DNA of 61,892 nt, the filler included, from Choristocarpus tenellus KU-1152 (lineage: Eukaryota; Protista; Phaeophyceae), in assembly GCA_964200185.2 (NCBI GenBank). It is 11 parts of 11 records of this genome, joined end to end, with 100 filler letters (N's around TTAATTAATTAA, not from the genome) between each part and the next. Parts side by side here need not be neighbours in the genome. Positions count along the whole stretch, not along the records: positions 13,719 to 18,263 come from CAXNAD020014067.1; positions 18,364 to 24,710 come from CAXNAD020008338.1; 9 more parts are not named here. One strand, given 5' to 3'. The position numbers and the translations under genes were made by a program. Shown one piece after another: positions 13,729 through 24,710 of this stretch. Under the pieces are notes generated by a model. It was not told the DNA's origin. It saw only the letters and a list, made by a program, of their open reading frames with translations, and searched no databases. Positions within the stretch are counted from its first letter, which is position 1, and every line of letters begins with the position of its first letter.

Positions 13729-16700
13729 ATGGAATTGGCGCAAATGGCGCCTACAGGGGCTCTAACTCCTGCCGCTAGTGCGAACTTGTCGACTGTGGGT
13801 GCTGTTTCAACGGGCTTGTCCAAGCCGGCCACCACAACTCTTGGTGCTCAGACGCCTTCGTTCTCTACTCCCACTCCACGCCCAACGATGTTTGGATTTC
13901 CATCATCGGCTGCTGCAGTGGGGTCATCTCCTACTGGGGCTGCAAGTGGAGGGCAGGGGCAGGGGAGTGGATCAGTCTTTGGTACAGGCACATGGTTCAG
14001 GGGTAATGACACTCCCTATGGAAGAGTTGGAGCTGGAACATTTTCTAGAGCTGGTGGGGTTCCCCCAGTTTCAGGAAGCTTCGGGGCACCTGGTTCCAGT
14101 GGTCCTAGTGGTAAAGATGGGGTTGGCTCTGGTGAATCCTTTGGTGATACTGGTGCAGGAGGGGCTGCTACTCCTAGTGGGTGGAGTACTGGTGGGAGTG
14201 GTCCTCAAGATGTAGATCAGAAGGAGGAAGATGACAACAAGAGCAAGGTCAATGACAGTGCTGTTGTGATTGGGGGCAGGGTCGGGGCTACTGGGACTGT
14301 CCCTTCCGCTGGCAGGGTTTTGGGACTTGGAGGAGGGTTTGGGGGAGGGGGGGGTTATGGATTGGGTTTGAGACCCCCTTCTTCGACAGCAAGGTGAGAA
14401 AACCTTTTGAGTATGGATTGTATTGTGTATTAGGTGAAATGGAGTGAGGTATCGGGAGATAGATGATGGGCATTTGAGGCATTTCATCTAGTTTTTGTAG
14501 TGTGTATGTGTTCATTTGTCATGTGTCATGTGTCACACATGTGGTACAGCGGCAAGGGGAGGTATGGAGCAGCCACACTGAACTACCAGGTCACCATGAA
14601 GACACATTGAATCCACTCATCCTCACCATGCCATCCCTTCAAGACCTTACTTTTTAATAACTCCTCTCTTCACTCTCTGCCTACAATTGTTCCTATGTCC
14701 GCCCCCAACTCTGCATTTGCTCCTTCCCCTACAAATAAATATCGACATGGAAGCGCTCCAATATTCCCCAAGGTCCAGCTGCCGATCCCTGGCACTTCAA
14801 TGGCATCGGTCAGCAGTAGCATGTCCTCTACGCCCCTCATTCCCTTCAGGAGTAGCAGCTCAAGCCCCTCTTACACTTCCCCCTCTGCTACATCTGCCCC
14901 CCTAACTTTGGGCATGGCTGGGGGACCTGTGAGGGGTGTAGGAAGCATGATGACACCGTTGACTGCCTTCACCGGTTCAAGAGCGATGTCATCTTGGAGT
15001 ACTGCCTTGCCAAGTTCTGGTACTCCCTCATCCTTCACCCGTACGTCTGGATTTTCCATTTCTAATGCCACAGTCAGCTCAGGGTTGAGTGGTAGCGTTT
15101 CTACCACTCCTTCTTTTTCCTCTTGGGCACCAGGAGGGAAAGCTGAAGCGGCGGACTCAACAGAAGTAGGGGGGGAGTCGAAGGCCCCGACCTCCGGGGA
15201 GGGAGGAGCTAGGGCTGCAGGGCCTTGGGCAGGGACTTTGGTAGGGCCTTTGGTAGGGGCTGGGGTTGGGTCACTGGCGAAGTCAGTATTTGGCACTAGG
15301 ATGTCCCCAAACCAGGCCGCAGGAGGATCAGGGTGGGGCACAACACCAGCTCTGCCTGTGCCTCCAATGGGGGTTTTACCCTCAAAGCCTGCGTCGAGTC
15401 TTGTCACACCAGTAGGTGGTGCAAAGTCGCAAGGGTTAGGGTTAGGGAGAGTGTCCGCTGCATCCGCAGTTGCTGCATTTTCCTCAGGTACAGCTCCAGC
15501 CCCAACCAGTACATTAACTACAGCTATGGGTGGGGGTGGGGGTGGGGAACGAACACCTCAGTCTGCAGTCCTTGAGAAGGTGGAGATTGCACCGGCTCCT
15601 GGTGCAGGCAACGTATCGGGGGTCTCGCGGATTACTGAGGAGGAGAGGCGTTCGAAGAGGCAAGATTAAGAAAAAGAAAAAAGTGCAGGTTGTTTTGGAG
15701 TGGGCTGAGAGGTTTGGACAGATTTGAAATTATTTTATTTTTGTTTTATGGTGTTGGCGATGGTGGAATTTCTTTTTTTTTTAGAGAGATTGCGACCTTT
15801 GTGGTTCTGACTCTTTGTGCTTTGTCCAGGTTGATGTACTGTGGTGGGGAATATGTTGGTGGTGTCAAGGCAAGATTGTTAATTAAATCCTCTGTTCTTG
15901 GTGTGTATGCAAGTGGGTGTTTTATCCTATTACATGCTTGGATGTGTGTTGTGGTTTTGACAGATGGACACTTGAAGCGTGAATTGACTCTCACTATTTG
16001 TGTGAATATCTCATGTGTTTGGATGAAGTGGCAATGTTTGTTGCATGTGATGATTAGATCAACAAGCACCGAAGGAAGACCTCAGTCTTTCATAGCAGGG
16101 TTGAGATGTATCGCCAACATTAGTTGAAGATTGTGCAGCAAGACCCACGCGTGTAGGGTGGTGGGTTTGCTGTTGTGTGTCTACACAGGAGGTGGCTGTT
16201 CCTGCTTTTAGCCTGTGCCCTCTTGGTTGCCACCACACCACAGGATGAAGAGATACACCCATTATACATCTTTCATCCTTAGATGCCTCCACTGAATGCC
16301 CTTGAAGTCATACGTGTGTTTGGTGTTTGAATCCTCAACAAGTTTCATCAGTTTGATGTGATGTACGCCTCAGACTAGAATTGAACAAGCACAAGGGGTG
16401 TAAGATTTGTGTGTAGTATTGTTTTTATTATTGTTAGTGTCTTCACTCTACCGTTAGGATACTATTCTGTGAAGAGCAACACTTGTACCACCAAGAGGGT
16501 TGTGTGTACTTCACAATGAGACATTTTAAAATGTAATATGTCTTCATCTTGGAAATTCCCCTTTCCCCCTGGATTTTGGCATCATTCCTGTGATGTACAA
16601 CCCTCCCTTCAAGCCCCGCTCATACCGCCCTCCACTCCTACATTTTTGTTATAATATGCGTAACTGGTAACAACTCAGGAGAGCTCGCTTCGATGGGCAG

Positions 16701-17636
16701 GATGCTTCCAAGAGGGGCAGAGCAGGCGCCCCACCTGCAAAGGTGAGACTACTGACATAGGCCCTGACTGTGTAATTTTTATTTTTGCTCTAGAAAATGT
16801 ACAATCTCTCTGCTTTGGGTTCATATCTCAAGACAGGACATTTCCTTGTTGGTGCTTTTCGGGTTTTTTGTGTGCCATACTTTCATCAGTTGAACACTTC
16901 ATTGTCTCTTACATCTTCAGTGCGGCTTATGTATCCATTGGGTGGAAGTAGTAAAACTGTTGTAGTTGGCTTGGTCTTTCAAAATATGCAGAACTGTTTT
17001 GGAAGTAGTGCCTTCGATGCCCTGTTGAAATACATTTTTGCTGCCAGGATAACTTGGTCATGTTGGTGCTCTCCAGTCAAACTCTTTATCTCAGTTGCAG
17101 CCTGACCTTGAGCTCGCATGTAAAGGTAGGGATGCATGTCCTTAATGTGCCCCTGAAGTACACCCTGATAGTCCACCCTCTAAGATTCCAAGGCAGTGTC
17201 AGTTTTTTTTGTTAATGTAAGTTGTTGTCAGCAGGTCATCTAGTCTGCATTTGTAGTGCTCTCCTCTTACACCCTACTTGAATACTTGTAGTATTCTAGT
17301 ACATTTGTACCATATATTGTGCGAAAATGCTGCTGGAGGTGAAGCTCAGCTCAGTGAAATAGTTGCCATTGTTTACGTGTATATATATATATATATATAT
17401 ATTATTTTATATGTTTATGACTGGCAGAACTTAAGCTTAGTACATGAAGAACAAGCTGCACACTCCACGAAATGGGTGACAAGCCATTTGATCATGTCAC
17501 ACCTTATCTCCATTCACATTCCTAACCCCTGAAGCTCATGCCCAACCCAATCCCAAATATGTCGTTGAACTCCAAGGGTGATAGCGATAAGGAGGTGATT
17601 GAGTTGAATGATCCAGAGGACGATGACCCCGTGTGA
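13729..17636 (+). CDS. Low-complexity Gly/Ser/Thr/Ala-rich protein C-terminus with FG dipeptides (nucleoporin/nuclear-basket-like), spliced
   Basis: Exons <=13729-14393, 14754-15659, 16679-16742, 17535-17636 join in phase (second intron GC-AG). They read ...ITEEERRSKRRARFDG...KEVIELNDPEDDDPV*. The family assignment is inference. Confidence 0.6.
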
Positions 17637-18363
17637 TACTTCAGCACATAGATTCGGCTTAATGTTCTAAAGTCTACCAACTGCATGGAGTAGGTTTTTT
17701 GCTTGGCTGTTGAGTACCATGTGATCTGCAATGTGAACAACATCGAGGGAATGAATGGGGTGGATTGGCGGTTGTGAGGCAGTAGTGGTATAGGACTGAA
17801 AAGGAAAAATTGTAACTGATTTTTTCATTGCTGTGCTGACTGCCTGTGCGTATCTATGCTAGAGCTCCACAGTAGTTAGTGCTGCCAGGCCCATCATAGC
17901 AGCTTTGCTTTCGTATATTTCCCATTTGGGCTGCAGGTCAGGTACGATATTGGTTGTAGTGGTCTTCCACTCAAGACAAGGAGGGGCGAGGATGTTGCCA
18001 GAGTATGTTGCCAAGGTGGCAGATAGACTGTGTTTTGTTGCTCTGAGGTTGCGAACTACCTTCAGCTGTGTGTCTCCATGCTGCCAAGACTTACTGCAGA
18101 GAGAGCGTGAGGAAGTTGCTTCATTACAAATAGATCAATAACGGTGGATGGCATAAGAACACTACTTTCTTTGAGGTCATGTTTGTGTCTTGTTTTCACT
18201 GGAGGTGTGAATGGGTTGTAGTAGTAGTGGTCTGGAGTGATGGAGGAGTACAAACGGTCAGGTNNNNNNNNNNNNNNNNNNNNNNNNNNNNNNNNNNNNN
18301 NNNNNNNTTAATTAATTAANNNNNNNNNNNNNNNNNNNNNNNNNNNNNNNNNNNNNNNNNNNN

Positions 18364-18880
18364 CGTCAGCTTCTTTCGACGAGAAGATGCACACGACATA
18401 AGCGAGTGGGAGATCCAATAGACATCTCGAGTGGTCGAGCCCCCCCTTTTACGAGTATCTAGGAAAGTGGAGATTATGGATTGCAGCAGGGGGTATATAA
18501 CACCAGGAAAAAGGGAAAAGCAAACTACACGCATAGTGTTCAAGCCCTCATGAGGTATCACAAGTCGCCCATCGACTGCCAGGCCTTTCCAATCTCGTCG
18601 CAGTCACATAAGTGATCTTCCCAACCCGCAAAGTCTGTTCCAAGGAAGAAGAGTTGACTTCTAGTCGAACCGTCTTCCTCAACTTCGCGTCAGCTTCTTT
18701 CGACGAGAAGATGCACACGACATAAGCGAGTGGGAGATCCAATAGACATCTCGAGTGGTCGAGCCCCCCCAAAAGAGCAAAGTCATCACCAACAAGAACG
18801 GTTCCTTTCAGTTTGTGAACACCTGATGAAGGACTTCTTTCTGATCTCAGCAAGAGGTGTTTCCTATCGAAGCTCTCTTA
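18364..18880 (+). mobile_element. 83-bp direct duplication (18364-18446 = 18688-18770) plus a degenerate hammerhead-like core; possible Penelope-like element end
   Basis: The exact repeat is seen directly; CTGATGA at 18823, a hairpin, then GAAGCTC at 18869. The classification is inference. Confidence 0.35.
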
Positions 18881-19325
18881 TGCCATCCATGATCGTCGAC
18901 CGTTTGTAGGGATAATCTCAAATGGCAAAAGACCTGGTGTTCATTGTGTGAGGCGTGTAACTGAATCAGGTACGGGTTTTGTATACATTATTTTTATTGA
19001 CAGGTTGTTGAAATATGAATAGTGAAGCGAATAGGTTGTCCAAAAAAGTAACTTCACTCAAATGTACTTTGAACTTTGCACCATACACAAACCAGAAACC
19101 ACTACGCATCTTTACGCGTAGGTAGAAGCAAACAGGAGTAGAGTTATTACCCAACCTTCAAACAGCAGCAATGATGAAGGGAAGCTTCAAGAAAAGGCAG
19201 GGTGGGGGACAGAAACTCCCGTGATGTGGGGGTTCATTGTGCTTTTGGATACCATTGCTTAGGTCTGTTGGTGCGTTGATTGAAGGAGAGTCTCTACGTG
19301 CAACAACGGATATTTTATACTAAGG

Positions 19326-19410
19326 GTGAAACAGGGGCATAGGATGCCGTGTTGGACTTGCAGGGGGGAACACCCATCGGCGGAGTGCCCTCACCGTGTT
19401 CGACGACGAG
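19326..19410 (+). mobile_element. Gag-like zinc-knuckle relic
   Basis: CWTCRGEHPSAEC (CX2CX3HX4C) followed by a basic RVRRR stretch. Confidence 0.35.
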
Positions 19411-20278
19411 TTTCTGCACCTGTAAACCGAGGTGTGTGTGTCTGTGCGAGTACTTTCTTTGAAGTAGATTATACTGTTGTTTCAAGGAATTGCCAAACTG
19501 AAGGAAGGAGCAGGTTTGCTGTGCAAGAGAGAGACGTGCTTATGCGAATATATTATTCGTAGACCACCCCAAACAGTGGACTATGATCCATTACTCGCCC
19601 TCGTAGAATCGTCTGTCATTCTTCCAACACCGCAACCACCAGGCACATTCCATAACCTTCTCTATCAAAGGCTTAGGCTATGGCCTTGGAGAGGATACCC
19701 ATAATTATTGAAGAGACTGCTGCCAGCTCGTTGCCTGGTGCTGTCCCTTGCGTCAGTGGTTACGGAGCGGAAGGAGTAGACATATTCTCTCTATCTCATC
19801 AACCTCGAGTACGAATTTGAGCCAACCTTCCCACTTTTGCAATCCCTCGCTTCATTGGCACCGAATGCTTGGTCAACCATTGGTCCTCCCATATAACTCA
19901 GTTTGAAGAAATCCTGTTGCGACCCTATTGGCGTGATCGCTGTGGGGATTCGCTTGTGGAATTATGGGCTATTGTTGGGGGTGTTTAAATACCTGGTCCC
20001 ATGGACAAAGCGTGTATGTCAAAGGACAGCAGACAGTAGGTTTCGCTTTCTTACTCTTTACTGTCTTATCCTTAAGTCAGGGTGTTGTTGTGCAGATTAG
20101 GTCAGTGAGCAACAGCTGGAGCAATGCTACAACCATCCCAGAGGTGGGCAATACCCAACTCGTCTTGAGTAACACATTTCTAGAGGTATGAACTTGGCCG
20201 TCTTTCAGCTCTTCTTCCCTCAACCCATCTCATATTCCAACCCTCTAAATATAACAATTCATCAATATCCTACTGAAG

Positions 20279-21589
20279 GTGCAGTCCCACGACCAAACCA
20301 TGCAGGGACACATACTGTGGAACTGTCAAGGACACGAGATCCGAACGAGCGCAGGAGTTCAGGACATACAGACTGGCGCACAGAGAGCTCCACCGCCGCA
20401 TCATGGCTTGAGTCTCGTGGGACAGAGGAAAGACCAGGGGTGTTGTGTGGGGAGCTGGCAGGGACAGACACAAGAGCAGTGAGAACACGGAGGGTAGGTC
20501 TGACTGGGGCAGGGGGAATGGTGGAGAGAGGGGCAGGGACAAGAGCTCCACTTAGGAATCAGCGACAAAATCAGCAACAAGTGGGTGCAGGGAGGGGATC
20601 AATGGTTTCACTTAGTGAGGAAGAACGCCTTCGTGCATTTGGACATTTAGTGGGGCAGCGCATCAACGGAGTGAAAATTGTTAGTGCTGCAACCTGGCAG
20701 GCTCTGAATGAACTGGCAAGGGTGAGAGTGCAATGCAACAAAATACAACTGTACTCCTTTTTTTTATTTTTTTGAGACATTCTTTGCCTGACCCTGCTTG
20801 CAGAATAGACATTGAACTATTTTTGCATAATATTATTAAAATGTCATTGTGGTGGCTGGAGATATTGTTTGATAAGGCTTTTTTACTGTTGCTCCATCCA
20901 AGAGAAAGTCTGGGAGGGGAGGAATGGGCCAGGGCAGGGGTGCAGTGGGAGAATAAGTGGCAGGCTGGACTGTGAATGGAAGAAGTGAGTGTCTCTGACT
21001 GTTGCAGAAAGCTTGCCTGGCTTATGTGCCCTGCCTGCCACACACCCATCCTCACACAGCCTGTGCTGTGTCATCAATGCCTCCCCTGCAACACGAACAA
21101 CTCCTTGCACCCACCTTGTGAAGGCTTTCTTCCTCTCCCCTTCACGCACATACCTGTCTTCGCTCTTTACCCCCCCCTACTGCCCCCCCCCCCACCGTTG
21201 ATGTGAGTGACTGGGCAGGTAAAGTCGGCATCCCAAGGCCTGGCTCTGTTGGGCTGTGCCCTAGCGGTGTGGGCATATGACAACGCCCTCCTAATCTCCT
21301 TATGGGGTATAGTGGTTGGGACAGGGACCCTACTGTGGCGTCATGCCAGTCCAGATGGGGGAACCATGCACCTTCGAGTGGGGTTTTGGACCGGAGGGAT
21401 AGTGGCAGGGGGGGGGAGGGGTGGAGCTTTGAGGTCTGGGAGCGCTGGAGAAGGAGCAGAGGAGGAACCTAACATTTCTGAAACGGCAGCCTCATTAGAG
21501 AGGACGAGAAGGGTGTTGCTAGCATTGGCATGCCTGCCTTCTGCACTAGATGCCTTTGCCCAGTACTCTTTCCTGTGCCTGGCTGGAAG
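20279..21589 (+). CDS. Unknown probable membrane protein, partial exons
   Basis: GC-rich ORF ending ...WQALNELAR|gtgag (20721), and an exon from ~21219 (VKSASQGLALLGCALAVWAYDNALLISLWGIVVGTGTLLW..., donor gtcagt) with hydrophobic helices. Full exon structure unresolved. Confidence 0.4.
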
Positions 21590-22638
21590 GTCAGTGTGTT
21601 TCTCTCCGAGTGGGAAGTGGGAGTCACTTTGGGGTTGGGGAGGGGAGGGGAGGGTAATGCTTGTGTGTGCCGTGGAATACTTTTTTTTTTGTTGTTGTGG
21701 AAATTGTGTGCAGAGTAAGATATTGCAGAGTATCGTGCCTTGGAAGATAACATGTGGACTGTGTTGACGGCCTCGATGGGAGGGATTCGTTAAACATTGA
21801 GATAGTCCTGTTCCACTGGGGCAGGCCGTAGTGTTGAACAATATCAGATGCTGGAAACTTTCCCCTCCATCATATTCCGTGGGCCACCACCCCGCTGATA
21901 TAGCGCTTTCCCCGAGCAGTCATCTCAAAACTTTGCGTTTTCCCTTGAGTCCTATTCCCGGACCCCTCTCTCACTCTATTCCTTGTCCTCCCGCTGTAGG
22001 GACCTGGGAAAGTGGTCCAGCTGGGGCTCGATCCCTTGGCCTCTGATTTTGTTGAAATTTTTTGGTTTAGATGTAAGGAAATGAGAGAATGGGACACTTT
22101 CAGCCACCGAAGTTCCGAATCTGACTTTAAATAATCCGAGAATGGTGTCTCTTTGCTCTTAGATGACACCACACTTACTTAGGTCAAAAATGACACTTAG
22201 ATGCACCATATTGATCGATGCATGCATGTAGTGCACTTTCTATCTACAGGCATAAGGTGATATGGGGAGGGCGATTCATTGATTTTTGTATTTTCTAAAC
22301 CATAAGTTTTCTGTGCGTGGACTCTTTGCCGGCATTGCGTGACACATAGTTCCGTGCTGCAAAATCCAGAGCACCATGTGGGTAGCTACAGGTCGCCACA
22401 GAACGACACAGAGCGCCTCAGCACTGCAGTTCAGAGCAACATCATCAGTATTTATAAATAATAGGGTTTTGGTTTAGTGGATGGTGCTACATGATCACTC
22501 GAGAAACCATTGATGGAATACTCTGAGATTTATTCCATCAATGGCGGCAAACGCGATGATCTCTGGCGTTCAGAATGGACTCCAAATGATCCGATGGAGT
22601 TTGATTAAATCAAGGTTGCATGCGCAACGCACGAGGCA

Positions 22639-22694
22639 ATACCCATGAGGTGATACCCATGAGGTGATACCCATGAGGTGATACCCATGAGGTG
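22639..22694. repeat. 14-bp tandem repeat ATACCCATGAGGTG x4
   Basis: Four exact units. Confidence 0.95.
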
Positions 22695-23383
22695 CCAAGC
22701 ATTGTGAGGCAACTGTGAGGATGTGTCAAGAGAATCATGGGACACACACACACACACACACACATGTATATGTCGGAGATGGATTGACTATTTGACTATT
22801 TTGGACAAGGTTTTCATTACGGTGTTGATTATTTTTCGATTTTTTTTGAGTAAGCCGTGTCGACTAGATTGTTGCGATTTGCAGGGCTATCAGTTACGTA
22901 CAATTTCCTACAGTTTCATACAGTTTCATACAGTTTCATACGATGCCACTGACCTCCAATTTTATTAACGGAAAAAAAAGGGGAAGTTTTCTGGATTGGC
23001 AGGCAATCCCCCTACTGAAAGGGCTCCATTGATGGCGCTGGACACCACTGTGCCTCTTCTTGTTGATACCATTAGGTTTTTCATGTGAAATTTGGAATTT
23101 GGTGGTGTGCAAGGTTTATCAAAATTGGATCAAGACAGACTTTGGCGGCGCAGTTCCCCTTTCTACTACCTTTTACAAATTTTCACCCTCCTAGAACCTC
23201 AACAGATTAAAAATTATATATATATATATACAAAAATTATCTACTAAGAAGAAAACTGTTATGATACATTTTTTCATGTTGGGTTATGTTATTTTGTACA
23301 AAAGAATATCATAACTCAACACTATTTTTTCTTTTTTACACATCTGCAGACTGGGGAAAAAACACTGAAAGGAGAGGGCCAAA

Positions 23384-23590
23384 AAAATCACCGGCTACCA
23401 AGGATATTTTAACACTAGAATTGTCTATATTTCTGAGTCAGGACCATATTTAAAAAGAAAAAAACGCCTAGCGATTATGGACCAAGATGGTAAAAATCAT
23501 CAATATTTGACTGATGGTAAGGATCTGGTTCTTACTCCAAGATTTTCACCAGATGGAAAGAAAATATTATATCTATCATATAAGAATGGA
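23384..23590 (+). pseudogene. tolB: Fragment of bacterial tolB (Tol-Pal beta-propeller protein), alphaproteobacterial/Rickettsiales-like
   Basis: Stop-free 69 codons [69 protein letters not shown]. This matches the recalled alphaproteobacterial TolB pattern (TG..GYF.TRIVY.SESGP...R.KRLA.MDQDG.N...[12 protein letters not shown]). About 32% GC by hand count; no start or stop of its own; absent from the ORF track. Confidence 0.85.
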
Positions 23591-24479
23591 TATATATATA
23601 TATTTTTTCATCTATAATCTCAGATTTTCTAAAAGAAGTGGTGTTTGTGTTTAGTGAGCTCAATGTGATCATGGACTCAAGCGCTGCTTTGCGAATATAT
23701 CCTGATCAGACAGAAAAAAAAAATCCTATGTACTGGTTGTCTCGTTGAAGGTAAAAAAAGGGTGTAAGAACATCTACAAAAAATAAAAAAAAGACAGTTA
23801 TTATTTTATTTTGTTTTATTTTATTTTTTTGGCGGGGGGGGGTTGGGATGGAATGCACATCGATACTTGGGTTAATTCGTGCAACATAACGTATTGAATT
23901 GATTCATGGAAGGCGTTTGGTATACTTGCAGGGTTGTGTTGCGTGGACAACAACTTGCGATGTGTTGATGGTTTTGGTAGGGGTTGAGAAGCATCGGGGT
24001 TCGATTGCTTTTCACCTTAGTATCTGCATTGGGGGTGAAGGTGGGTAGACGAATTGGACTCAGCTGGGCTGTTCCACCGTATGGGCTGGGGATTCGATGA
24101 TGGATGGTAATGTTGTCATCCCGATGTGTAATTGGGTCTTGTGGTTGCAAGCAATCTTACCACCTGACTGCACCATGCAGAGAATGCATGTTGACATGAT
24201 GGAGTTCACCCTAAACTGCACAATCACTACAATCCGTATCGTCTCATGGAAGCACTGATCCTATCGCTTGGACAGGGTTCCTCCTCCTCCCCCTACCCAT
24301 TCACCGAGTCTTTATTTTCCTTGTGCTGCGCCCTGCTGATTCAATATCAATTATCAATATCAGTATCAAGTATCAATTATCAATATCGATATCGATATCG
24401 ATATCAATATGTTTTGGTGCATTGCTGTTGTTATCTCTTAGGTTTGACTCCTTCAAGGTGTTTTTATTGTGTTGCACTA

Positions 24480-24710
24480 ATGTACCTACCCATGTACCTA
24501 TCAATGTACCTACCCATGTACCTACCAATGTACTTACCCATGTACTTACCCATGTACCTATCAATGTACCTACCAATGTACCTACCCATGTACTTACCCA
24601 TGTACCTACCCATGTACCTACCAATGTACCTACCAATGTACTTACCCATGTACTTACCCATGTACCTACCAATGTACCTACCAATGTACCTACCAATGTA
24701 CTTACCCATG
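24480..24710. repeat. 12-bp minisatellite ATGTACYTACCM x~19, runs into contig end
   Basis: Seen directly; produces spurious MYLP/VPTH ORFs. Confidence 0.95.

Noticed and set aside
15670-15727. KKKKKVQVVLEWAERFG peptide resembling RAERFG
   Set aside because: Out of frame and inside the predicted intron; treated as coincidence.
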